In this document: piece by piece, positions 13,770 through 30,475 of the stretch
Layout of the letters: each line of letters begins with the position of its first letter
How positions within the stretch are numbered: position 1 is the first letter of the stretch
Assembly (NCBI RefSeq): GCF_009914755.1
Contig: NC_060925.1
DNA length: 64,000 bases
Origin: the human T2T-CHM13v2.0 reference genome, Homo sapiens
Reading direction: 5' to 3' (one strand)
Program-made: the position numbers and the translations under genes
The notes under the pieces: generated by a model
What the model was told of the DNA's origin: nothing
Database searches by the model: none
The model's input: the letters and a program-made list of their open reading frames with translations, nothing else

Positions 13770-15060
13770 ACGGGAAGACGAGGCGTCCTCGAAGGAATCA
13801 CCCACAGATCTACTCAGGAGGGCCCCCTCCTTTCCACTGCATCCCATACCAGACACGCCCACGCCCTCCTCTGCCCCGCAAGTCCTCCCCGGATGCGCTT
13901 CCAGGTCTAGCTCTCCAGCTAGTCCTGCTGCCAACAAAGTCACCCCTGCACCTCTCGCTCCCTCCACTGCCACCCCCCTCCCGCCGCCCGCCCCACTGCG
14001 CGCCACACGCGACAAGCGCCGACCCCACCCGCGCACGATGAGGTAGGGGCCCTCTTGCTCCTTCCCTCTGCGAAAGGCGCGCGCCGGGTGAGGGAATTGC
14101 AAGCCGCCGGCGGGCTTCTCGGTGTCCACCGCCTCTCCCGCGCCTCGGCCCGGGACGCCCGCGGGCTCTGGCCCCTCCTCACACCAATCCCAGCCCGGTC
14201 TACTCCGGCGAGTCCAATCACCGTCCGAGAGCGGCGGCCCTCGCCGCTCCGGGCCCCGCCGCCCTCCAGAGTGACGCCACTAAGCATCCAATAAGTTTTG
14301 GAAATTCCACATCTTCGCCAGTCCACTCACGCGGGGGGCGGGACCTGACAAGGCCGTGGGCGGGGCGGCCGAAGGGCTTAGAGTGCGGCGGGAGGAAAAG
14401 GCCAAGGCTCGGAGCGAGCGGCATAGTGTAGTCAGCGTCACCGTTTCACAGGGACTGTCCCTCTCTCTGTGGTGACCAGAGAGGCCTCAGGACCTCTTAA
14501 AAAGCCACGCTGATTTGGCGCCGGGACGGCCTTCTTTCTGCCCTCGGACTCGTCCCACGAACGCAGACTGGGTTCTCCCATTGGTGGATGGCACTGTCAG
14601 TTGGCTCTGCGCTGGGAGTGGGAGACGTTTTTCGGGCTCCCGAGGTCTCGGCCGCTCGGGGGCGCCAGACGTTTCTCCTCCACGCGGGTTTGAGGCTGCG
14701 AGGCTCCCCTCTGTCCTCAGGCGCTTACTGTAGCTCACAGGTCCCTCAGGCCTAGCGTGCTGGGTACAAGCACTCCCGCGGCTCCCCGACTTTGGGTATT
14801 TTTCGGGGGTGAGGGCATCTCAGGCTCGCGTTACGGGGACCGGTTCGGGAGACCGTGGAGCCGAGGTGTCGAATGGAGGGCTTACTTCGGCCGGGCCAGG
14901 GAGCGCCACCCTCCTTGTCGGGCTCGGGAAGGCTTTGTTTTCCGGTCCGGGGGGAGTGCAGATGACCTAAGGAGTTGAATGTCACCCGGGATTCCACAGT
15001 CCTGTGTAACAGAAACGAGCTGAGCGAGTTGGACCCGCTGTTTTTATCAGTCAATCACGG
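13770..15060. promoter_or_regulatory. TRIM45: CpG island, TRIM45 promoter and 5'UTR
   Basis: Very CpG-dense; CCAAT at 14184, 14214, 14288 (+) and 14580 (-); GC boxes at 14335 and 14358; TGACG at 14272; E2F-type TTTGGCGC at 14514-14521; no TATA seen. Confidence 0.9.
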
Positions 15061-16045
15061 AGGGCTCCTGCCTGGTCACAGTGAGACAATGGACGGTGGC
15101 AATGAGGGACAAGCCCTTTGTGGGCTTAAAACTAATTGGGAAGATGAACACGTCCGACCCCTTTAACTTTATAATTACACGGCCACCTTCTCTGGCCTTA
15201 CCAGGCGTCTCCTGATTCTCCAAAATTCCAAAAATGGAAACAGCTGCTCCTTTCCCCTCCACCTGTTGTTATCTCCAGTTGCGTCAGCTTGTCTACTGGG
15301 CCCTCACTGCTTTCTTTGTTCATGACCTTCCCTACTTAATTTGTACCCAGTGGGCGACTGTTTCACTTGATTCCTTCGTTATCTGTTTCATGCTATAGGC
15401 ATAGTGTCTGGAGCCTAAGCTTTTAAAAGTATGGAATCTGAAAAAAAGTTAACCCCAAAATATGAAAAAAAAAAAAAACCATTATAAAATATAAAAATGA
15501 AATGTTTGGCCATTTCCAAAATATAACACGCCAATGAGTCAAATGCCACCTTTATATAAAATGTGCAAGTAATTTCCAAATGTTAAGCATATCTCCAAAG
15601 ATTTTTAAATAGTCCTTACCTAGATTTTTTTCAGCCTCTTGTCCTTCTTGCATCTACTCTCAAAATCGGCATTCGCCTCTCCAGTAGGCTGGAGGAAGTC
15701 ACAAAAACTGTGTGGACTTGGGTTTGCTATATATTCTTGCTTTGAACTTCACCTTTACCCTCCCTGCTGCTTGGCTGTGCTTTACTTCATCTCTTGTTCA
15801 TACTGTATCACATTTCTTGTGGTAGTAGTTTCAAGCTTCTCTTGTTTCAGAAGTACTTCATAATTTACACGTGCAATATCTCATTTAGCAGTATCTCATT
15901 TAACCTTTAACAATATTGTAAGGAAATGGCCTCAAAGAGGTCTTGCCAGGTCTTGGATGGCCAGCCCAAGTTAACATATCTGGAACTTGAACACAACCTT
16001 ATGATGCCATATCTAAGATTATATTCGGGCTACCTCTACCTTTCC

Positions 16046-17730
<1,685 letters not shown>

Positions 17731-18819
17731 CCTAATGCTGTTTTGCCTATATTATTCACTTTGCAGTTTGTGCTACCTTGTGGTATTGTTTTTATTTATT
17801 ATGTGTGTATATATATGCATGTGTATATATTTACATATGTGTATATATTTACACACTATATATATATCACATACATACATGTATACTCTCTCTGTTAAGA
17901 TGGAAAATCTTGGCAACCTAGACAGTAGTCATTTAATAAAGACCTGTTATTGATGAAGGAGAGAATGGTGATCTCAAGTAATGGGAGGACAAACAGGACC
18001 ACCTTCAACCAAGAGTTTTATGGATAGTGCAGACCATAAGTGATATGGGGTGACATCACAGGACGAGAGAGGATTTGTTAAGGATGCTCCTTTCTCAGAA
18101 TTAGTTCGGTGTCTTCTTCCATGCTCACACATTGCTTCATCTGTCTGGGGAAGCAATAGTCATGGGATGAGAGGAACAGGACTGATGAAAGTGACCAGCG
18201 TTCATGAAAGTGTCTACAAGACTTTCAGCCCACACCTGTTTGCCCAAGACAGGGAAGATATTGAAGGCAAGAAAGCCAGGAAGGGAGAATGACCCATCAG
18301 GAAATCAGGCAAGGCTGGTTTGGGCACTATGCTTGATCATTACCATCAGACATTGAGTGGATATATGGAAAGGGACCAGAGAGTTCTGTCAGACTTATCT
18401 TTCACCATTCCATCTGTCTCTGTCACCATCCTTCCTTCTTTCCTTCAAAGGAAGGAGACTCCTTTCTCCTGGGACCTGTGCTCTGAAGTTCAGCCCTGCC
18501 TGCCTCCTCTCTCTTCTGTCTTTATCTTCTTTCTGGTGGATCTTTCTTTCCGCTCATGTCCATGCTTCAGTCTCTCCTTCTACCCTATGCCCCTCTCTAG
18601 CTCCCAATCCCTCTCTACTTCTTTATAGCCAAGCTGCTTGACAAGAATAGTCTACATTTGCATCTCTTCTTCCCTTGCATTTTACTCCTAAACACAGCGC
18701 AATCTGGCATTTGCTCTCACCATTCCTCTGAACTTGCCTTTGCCAAAGTTACCAATAATTTCATATTTGCTAAATCCATTGGATACTTTTCAGTTTTTAA
18801 CTAACTGAATTCACTATAG

Positions 18820-19530
<711 letters not shown>

Positions 19531-19936
19531 TGATTGATGTGGGATTTGGAGGTGATTTATAAACCATGAGCCCACTTGTTACATGGGGGCTCTTTTTACT
19601 ATATTATTACCTCCATCATCTCTGAATTCACTCCCTGTTTTCAATTCATTCTCTATAATCCTGTTAGGGATCTTTTTGCAATTCCAGTTTGATCATGCTC
19701 TTTGGTAGCTCTTCCATGCCTATGTTTACTCATTTAATATCCTTTGAGTACCTGGAATATGATTTTCCCAAATGTCTTCACAACTTACTCCCTACTAAAA
19801 TAATAAGTTCCTTGACAGCAAGGACTTTTGACTATGTGCCAGGCACCAGAGATGTATTGTTAAAACAAGCAAAAATTCCTGCTCTCGTGGAACTTACCTT
19901 CTAGTAGGGGAAAGCAGCCAATAAACAATAAATATG

Positions 19937-20265
<329 letters not shown>

Positions 20266-21210
20266 CTATGGAGAAAAATTAAGCAGAGTGAGGAGCATCC
20301 AGTGCAGGATGAGGGTGTTGCAATATAACTGGAGTGGTCAGGATAAGTATTATTGAGAAGGTGATATTTGAGCAAACACTTAAAGGTGAAGGAGGGACCC
20401 ATGGGGAAAAGGTAGTTCAGATGAGGGAAGAGTTAGTGCTTGCTGAGAGAGGAATGTGCCTACTCATGTTTGAGCAACAGTGAGGAGGCCAGTGTGACAA
20501 AATCAGAATGAACTAGGGGGAGAGGAGTAGGAGGTGCCTTCAGGATAAAACTCCATATGTCTTAGAGTGATATATATAATCTCATATGTATATATGGTTT
20601 CCCATGACCCTGCCTCTGCCAGCCCAGTCAACCTCATTTCTTGCACTGCCCCATCCAAACCCAAGCATGCACACTGGGCTTCAGCCTTCTTTTATGATTA
20701 TACAAGCTACTACTTATTCTGCTTCGGACACTCTGCCCACTCTTCTTTGCCTAATGAATTCCAACCCATTCTTCAAAGCTCAGTTTAGACATCAACTTCT
20801 TTAGGAATCCTCCATTCACCAAGTCTTCATTAGGCATCCCTCTGTGTGTTACCCGTGGTACTGTGATGATCTCTATCAAGTCTTTAACATTCTGCATTTC
20901 AATTTTCTACTCGCTTGTCTGATTCAGCCCTCTGTTCTCACTGTTCCCCTCCTCTTCCACACTGGGAACTCTTAAGCACAAGGGACCTTGTCCTGTTTCT
21001 GCATCCTTAATACTGGGCACAGTGTCTGAAACTTAATATGGTTTAATAAATGTTTGATAGTGAATAAATGGCCAAGATTCATGTTTCATTTCTAAGAAAC
21101 TGATCATTAGGACAGATGACTGGAGAAATTTATTGTTTATTTCAGACAGATCATTTTTGTCTTCTGATTTTCTTTTTTAAAAGGGCCTGATTCCTGAAAC
21201 ACAGAATCTT

Positions 21211-21228
21211 TAGTGCCATCTAGTGGAA
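21211..21228 (-). promoter_or_regulatory. Candidate CTCF site
   Basis: Minus strand reads TTCCACTAGATGGCACTA, fitting the CCAC(C/T)AG(A/G)(G/T)GGC(A/G)C core. Confidence 0.65.
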
Positions 21229-23213
21229 ACAGCTCAATAAAAACGCTATACTATGAATAAAACTCAGCTTCCTTTGTTCTATTTTATTTATTTTGAACCA
21301 AGACGGACAGAGAAGGGAGGGCTAGGTTGCATAGACTCCAGGGCACACTGCATGCTGGGTGTTTTTATTTTTATCTAAAAGTTCACTCTACCCGAGAAGA
21401 CTCTAGTTGTGAGATCTAACAAGTATAAATAGTCCCTTATCATTGACATTTTGTGAAAATGGGCAACTCTTCAACTTTGAGAAGGTAAGAAGGAAACAGC
21501 TAGAATAATGTGAGCTTTGGAACTCTCCTTGTGTAACTGCTTTTAGGTCAAACTAGAAGTACACAAGATATCAGTTCCATTATTAACAACTATCCTTTTA
21601 GAAAAAAATTCTGTACTGTTTTATCCAAGACAGACTCCTTAGCTCTTCTCAATTGACTCCTAGTTGTCTGATCGATTGTCTGTCATGACCCCAAACAATC
21701 TGTAGTTGATGTAGTCAAGACAGGAAGCTGCACCCAATCTTAGTTGGTCTGATATAAATATAAGCGGTTCTTAGACATTTACACTTTATTCATCTGTTTC
21801 TCTGAACTCCCTTGTTTATGTTTATTACATAACAGAGCTCAATATTAATGTTGTTTGAAATACATGTTTTAAAAATTACCTGCTACATTCTGTTAATGTA
21901 TTTTATTTTTAAAATGTGGATAAATGTGTTGTGATTATATTATTTTTACATAAATTTATCTTCCATATAAAATATTCATAAGTAAAATGAGTAACAGTAA
22001 GAAAATGGCACATTTTAGAGATTGAGTTTCGTGCTGCATTTGGCAATAATGCTTGTGATTAAAATTAGTACAGTGCTCATGCTGCTGTGTTAGAGAATTG
22101 ATCATAAAAGGCTCTTGATAATATTGCATTATAATTTAACACTTTTTTCCTTTTAGGATTCTTTCATTACTAGTACTTATTAAACATGACAACTTTAAAG
22201 ATTGATTTTGAATGGAAAGTTTTGGTTTAGAAGGGGCCCTTCGTTTGGAATATGTTTGCCCCAGTTATCTTGCTCTCTGTCAGAATGCTAAGTCAATGAG
22301 GGCAATCTGTTGAGTTTTCTGTATATCCTCAGTGTCTAGTTGGATGTCTGGCTCATAGTTGGAGCTCAATAAATATTTATTAAATGAATATATGAGAAAA
22401 TTGAGGTGCAGCAAGGTAAAGACACTGATTTAAGGTCACGTATGACATTACTGGCAGAATTAGGGCAAGAATCCATGTCTTCTGACTCCCACTCCATTGA
22501 GTGGTTCAATATAATACTTTGTCTTGAATCAGTACTGCTTTTCGATTCAGATGCCTGTGGCACTTGCCTGGACGCTTTGCTTTGAAAGAACCCATCCTGG
22601 CCCTTCTCCAGCCACACCTCTTCCCATGGGCCAAGGAATTCCAAGAGTACATCTCTCCCCTCACCACCCCACCCTCACCTCCTTCAGACTAGGTTCCAGC
22701 CACCTACAAGCCCAAAATTCTTTGACAAATAGCCAGAAGCCCACTCCCAGGCCCATGCAGTTGTAGACTGCAGGGTAAGTGTGCACACACTTAGGCCTCA
22801 GGAGTGGTGAAAGGACAGCTTTTGGGGATGGTGGAACTTGATCAAGCCTGTTGGAGTGTCCACACACATATGCAAGGGCCTCTGGTAGGATGGAGAAAGA
22901 TGAGAACAGGCCATGGGCTGGATGCCCCTGTTTGTCCTCTTGCTCATGGCCACTCAAATATTAGGGGTAGGCCTGCCTCCTATATTAAATCTAGTTTCTC
23001 CACATATTTAATATAATTTAAACCAGCACTAAGTGAACGCCAGTATTATGCCAGACACTGTGCTGGATATTTTCAAATGCATTACCTCATTTAAATGTTA
23101 TTCTTCCATAAGAATGCTCAGAAGTAACTTACCCAACTTACCTAAGGGCAAGCAACTGAGAAGTTAAATGCATAACCCGTATCCTCAGGCAGTAAGTACA
23201 GTACCAAAATACT

Positions 23214-23214
<1 letters not shown>

Positions 23215-23244
<30 letters not shown>
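23215..23244. repeat. (GT)15 microsatellite
   Basis: Direct reading. Confidence 0.97.
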
Positions 23245-23247
<3 letters not shown>

Positions 23248-23799
23248 GTATGTGTGTGTATACATACATATATACATATACTTTTTCTTGAGTAAATAAT
23301 GTATCTGATAAAAACATGCAAACAATTTACAAGAATATAAGTAAATAGTAAATCTCCCGTGCCAGGCCTCGAGTCAGAGACAACCAGTTAATAATTTTTT
23401 TTAATTAAAAATACCCACATATTTTAAAATTTATCATCAATAATTTTTAAACTTTTTTATTTGGGAAACTTCAGATATATGATATATACAAGCATAGGGA
23501 AAAGTATAAATAACCCCTAAGTACCCCTCACTCAACATCACCAGTTACAGCATTCTGTCACTCTTGTTTAATATACTTCCCCAACTTTTATGTTGTTTTC
23601 TCTGCTGGAGGTTTTCAAAGGAAATACCAGATATCATGTCATATTATTAAATTATATTAAAATATTAGATACTTAATTTATAAAGGTTTTGATGTAAAGA
23701 TGGAAAATATTTTGAATTTTCCATGAAGACCTCTTAATTTAAAAAATGCCACATAAGATTATATATGCCATATAACATTTTACCAATGTTATTTAAATT

Positions 23800-24095
23800 T
23801 ATTTATGTATTTATTTAGAGATGGAGTCTCGCACTGTTGCCCAGGCTGGAGTGCAGTGGCGCAATCTTGGCTCACTGCAACCTCTGCCGAGTTCAAGCAA
23901 TTCTCTTGTCTCAGCCTCCCAAGTAGCTGGAACTACAGGCGCACACCACCACACCTGGCTAATTTTTGCGTTTTTAGTAGAGACAGGGTTTTGCCATGTT
24001 GGTCAGGCTGCTCTCGAATTCCTGACCTCAGGTGATCCACCTGCCTCAACCTCCCAAAGTGCTGGGATTACAGGCCTGAGCCACCATGCCCAGCC
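23800..24095 (-). mobile_element. AluS
   Basis: (ttta)n tail, dimeric Alu body. Confidence 0.92.
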
Positions 24096-25127
24096 CTAAT
24101 TTTTAAATATTTAATGTTTCCTCCTTTGTTCCAAAGGACTCACGGGGGAGTTAGGCAATAATAATTTTGTGACTATAAATTAAACTTAAACGTGCATTCC
24201 ACCTCATGCCATGCAGTTTTCTCTGCAGAATTCTGTGAGACTGTGTCTGTTTTTATTTTATAGTCCGTCCACTTTTTATCTTTCTTTCCCTTCTTTTGGA
24301 AGAGCTGTTGAAAATGGTAAGCAAATAAATGCCATTTTTTCCTCACTTCTCTGAGTGATAAAACCTGAAAATAATGAATATATAAGGGCAGACTATGATT
24401 TAATGTAGTGCCTTTTCTAATTCAAATGACAACTAACTTTTCTGAGCTAAAGTGTGCCCATGTCGTGATAATAATATTTAGAGGATGAGTAGGTTATAAT
24501 ATATCATGGCATACAGAGAGGTCTATACATTAGTTCCAGGAATGTTGCTAGGAAATATTAAAAAAAAAAATGTTCTTAGATGCAAGGAAATATAAATAAT
24601 CCCCACCAACTAGGGCAAAGCCTAGGTATTTATTTCTATATTGACAGCAACTATTTTTTTCTTAAGTACCTATTTTCTAGATGGCATTTAAATCTGCACT
24701 GCATTTTAGTAAATTTTTCACTTTTTTGCACAGTGTTCAGGACCTGAAGGCTCCTTCTCCTATTATTAATGAGGAGTATATGATGTCTTCAGGAAATTCT
24801 GAAGTAATAAAAGCCCTTCTATTCTTCAGTGTTCCGTGCCCCTCTTTTAGGCAGAATCCCGTCAAGAAAATCTTTGGAACAGTACTGTCTGGAGCACTGG
24901 ACTGGGGAGGGCCGGGTGAATCTCTGTGTTTGAGGAGCTGAGAGGCAACACTCTGGGTGGAAAAAAGGCTCAGAGACTTGTTTGGAAGCTGCATTTGCAG
25001 AGTAAAGCACTTTTTGATATATGCATCTAGTGTGGCCTGGAGCAATGCTGATAGAGATTGTGAGGTAGGAAGAGTCTAGGTGGGTAAAGTCCCTCCAAGC
25101 CACCTTTGGTACTGCCATTGCTCTAGA

Positions 25128-25302
25128 CCTGTGTTGTCCAATATGAGGACTTCAAATGTGGTTGGTCCAAATTAAGACAATGCTGTAAGTGGAAAATGCA
25201 CACTGGTTTTGGAAGATTCATTATGGAAAAAAAGAATGTAAAATATCTCGTTAATAATGTTTTATATGAATTGCATGTTGAAATGATAATATATATGATA
25301 TA
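25128..25302. mobile_element. MER33-like DNA transposon fragment
   Basis: gttgtccaata...aaatgtgg..gtccaaatt...gctgtaagt...aagaatgtaaaatatctc. Confidence 0.55.
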
Positions 25303-25526
25303 TTTTTATTTTTATAGCTTTTAAGGTATAGACTATTTTTAGAGCAGTTTTAGGTTCACAGCAAAATCAAGCAGTTTTCCATTAGAAAATTTACAACTTA
25401 TCTTACGTGTATATGTTATTACTATATTAATATTCTTTCTAAAAACTAATTGTAATAGGAGTTCATTCTATTATATTCTGATTTATTCCTTCTTTATGTT
25501 AGATCTGTTTATCTCAGACATTCTAA

Positions 25527-25908
<382 letters not shown>

Positions 25909-26134
25909 TAAAGTTTCCTGAGGGGTGATTAGGAAAAAAAAGAGTCTAAAATTGTTCCTTAGGGGGTTGGTCATGAAAGGCTGACTAACACTGGTTTATC
26001 TACACTAGATATTCTTAGAGTGTGTGCACATAACAATGGAACTTTTTAATGAACTATCAATCTCCAAAGTTTCCTAAGGAGGGAAAAATGTATAAAATAG
26101 ATGAAAGTATAGAAAGATTTACATTTGCAGATTA

Positions 26135-26537
<403 letters not shown>

Positions 26538-26574
26538 TCACCAGATGTTAACCTTTTTGCCAATTCATTTCTCT

Positions 26575-26655
26575 CTGTGTGTGTGTGTGTGTGTGTGTGT
26601 GTACGTATGTGTGTGTACATGTGTGTGTGTACGTATGTGTGTGTACGTGTGTGTA
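26575..26655. repeat. Interrupted (TG)n microsatellite
   Basis: Direct reading. Confidence 0.95.
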
Positions 26656-26747
26656 TTATCTAGGTGAAGCAAACATAAATGTTCTTTGCATTTATTTTTT
26701 CAAATGTTTTCTAGGTGTGAAATTTTTCCAAATGATAGTTGGGGAAA

Positions 26748-27095
<348 letters not shown>

Positions 27096-28795
27096 CTATA
27101 CTGGGGTCCTATGGAACCACAGTTTCTTGGTAACATGTTTTCTTTCACTTCTAGATATTTGCATATATTTCTCCCTCTGCAGGGAACATATTGTCTGGCC
27201 TCCCACTTTGTCCTTCACACACAGCCTTTGCCTAGATAACTCCCAGGGGTCTTTTAAAGTTTCACTCCCTCCAGGAAGCCTTTCATGATCACCTAACCCC
27301 ACTAAAGTCTGCGTTAAGACTCTCATATATATTTCCTTTATTGTAATTGTTCTTATTATTGTCCTTGTCATACAATATTATACGTGTACATTAAACTTGT
27401 CTGTTTTCACTGCACTATGAGTTCCTTAAAAGCAAGGATTATGATTTATCTTATTCATTCTTTGTCCTCTGAAACTATGACAGGGCATCTCACAATATTT
27501 ATTAAAGTAATAATTGATTTTTCAATAAAATGCATAGTTGCTTTATATAACCCCATTCGAAAGGAAGGAAAAAACAAGAAAAAGGGGGGAAAAAGAAAAC
27601 TTTGATGTTTTATTTGGTTTGTAAAGCTTTACTGATGACAACAGCATAATTTCAGGTTAGACTTTTATAAAATATTGAAAATAGCTCCTAGATCGCATTA
27701 GCCATGTAAAACTCTGGGTGAAATATCCCTGACAGTCCTAGAAAAAATTGGTTGGTTGTTTCTCTCAGCTCCAAAAGAGCTGTTTCTGCCTCTGTCTTAC
27801 TCTGCAGGAGGTGCGGTAGGAGGTGGGAAGTCGGGGAGAGTGGGGATGGTACAAAGATGAAAAGTAAGGGAATGGTTTTTCAGGAATTTGGAGTTTAGCA
27901 AGAGAAACAGACTCATGAGTGATACTAACAGTTCTACCTGACATATGTATCATGTTTTTTGTTTGTTTTTGTTTTTTTGTTTTTGTTTTTCTTGCAGTTT
28001 ACAGTGCAATTTCCCATCATTTATTCCTCAAAAAGCCCTTTAAAGTAGGCATTATTAGCCCCATTTTAAGGGTGATTTTAATATAAGCCAGGATGTGCCA
28101 TGAAAGTAAGATGTTCTTTTTTTTTTTGTTTTCTTGAGTCCAGGCATTTCTCCTGTATCTAGCGTCCATCATTTAAAATCTACCACTCCTTACCATATTC
28201 TACACCTTTCCTTTTGTATAAAAGTGTGAGGTATAACCCAGGCTGCAACTTCAGCCCTCAACAGCAGGAACTATTGTCTAATGAAAGATGTACTCCAGAT
28301 GGAAAATTTCTCAAGTGAAATGGATGGAATTGGTAAATCCATTGTTTTCTAAATTAGCAAATATTTGGGTATGTAATAATATACATTTATTCAAGACAAA
28401 GGCTATGATCACAGCTTTTCAAAATATGTATGCAAACGGATGAGGACTAAAGCATACACATTTTGATCATTATTAGGGAGGTGGATTTAGGAGTAATTAT
28501 TTTCTCCATAAATTAAAAATCGTCAATAATTTTTAGCTTATGTACATACCCAAGTTCTTTTGCACATTAATTAAAGAAAGCTGAGAATCACCTATTTTCA
28601 GTCCTAAAGGATTCTTGGCTTATTTAACCCACTAGGTGAGTGGCCATTTTCCCTCTGTCTTCCCAGCTCCAATCAAGACAATCTTCCCACCTTCTCTCAA
28701 GAACATGCATAGGACTTTGCCAGAATTATTGGATCAAACCACCGCACCATGACACATTGACCTGGGAAAGAATTGTTTATTTCTCAACTTGATCA

Positions 28796-29288
<493 letters not shown>

Positions 29289-29931
29289 TCACCTGAGCGA
29301 TAATGCAAATCTGGGCAGAGTCCTGCAGGCCTCTTCTTCCCATACCTGGCAGGGAGCTGGCAACATGCACATGTGGCCACACCCATGTGGTCACCCTTTG
29401 TGTTGCAGTTTCAGCTGATCAATAGTTCAATGACATTTGTATGTAGGGAGGATTGCCTGACCCTCCTACAATGGCTGTTCGGGAGGTGGGATTATTCCTT
29501 TTCTTTATCTGAGCAGATATACATCTGAAAGGCCCTGGAAGTCCTTGGAAGAACAACCTAATAACAGCTCCTGAGCATTGGGGGTTCCAATTTCCAACAG
29601 GGCTATTTCTTCAACTGAGGGCTTGCATAGCATCATGGTTGCCTACTTTTCCTGCAAATATAATATAGACCATTACTGTGGGGAAGGGTCACTCTCTACT
29701 GGAACACTTGAACCTGATGAGTCCAGTACAGCTATACCCAGCCTAAGTGCTATAAGGGCCCAGAGATTACCCTGCTCCTTGAAATCTGATTGTGTTTCCC
29801 CAGAAAAGCCCTCTTTTATGTTTACACTACGTAGCTCTAGAAGTAAATGTGTCTGTATCCCTTTTGCCTGACTGGCCAGCACACAGGTGTTTTCAGTCTT
29901 CAAGGACTACAAAAAGTTAAGGGTGAAGGAA

Positions 29932-29936
<5 letters not shown>

Positions 29937-29970
<34 letters not shown>
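29937..29970. repeat. (AC)17 microsatellite
   Basis: Direct reading. Confidence 0.97.
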
Positions 29971-29971
<1 letters not shown>

Positions 29972-30475
29972 GGTTTCTATCCTGAGAGCCCCAGGACAGA
30001 AAAGATTGTAATCTACCTCTAGCCTAAAAACATCCCTAGCACTCAGCAATTTAGTTTAGTCACATGGAGACAAACTGCCCCTTTATCACTCAATTCTCCT
30101 CCTTTGAAGATTGGACCCACACTGGTTTATTTTTTATCTTTTCATGATCTATGGTCTTTTGTAACATTTAAAATAGTAACCTGTGGTTTGGGGAGGCCAT
30201 TAGCCAATTCTGTTCCCTTAACAGCATCTACCTGCTGAGCCATTGTGCTCTAGTTTTTAAGTGTCCTCTGGCCTGGTTTGCTATCAGTAGCTATTTGGAC
30301 AAGACTTTCTGTTGTGCCGCAGCTGTTCAAGCATTAAACATCTATTCTTGGTCAAATGGAGGGAAAAAAGCAAAGTTCATGTTTTTTCTTTTGTGGTTCC
30401 TTGATGTTCATTCGCTCTGACCACCACACGTACTTAATAATAGCTAATTTTTATTAGTTCCTTCATATATGCCCA

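Noticed and set aside
13677-15262. Many overlapping Gly/Arg/Pro-rich ORFs in the CpG island
   Set aside because: Expected from stop-codon scarcity in GC-rich DNA; most lack an ATG start
29341-29358. tacctggcaggg(ag) resembles the 5' end of U1 snRNA, with an octamer at 29303
   Set aside because: Similarity stops after about 14 nt; no U1 body and no PSE
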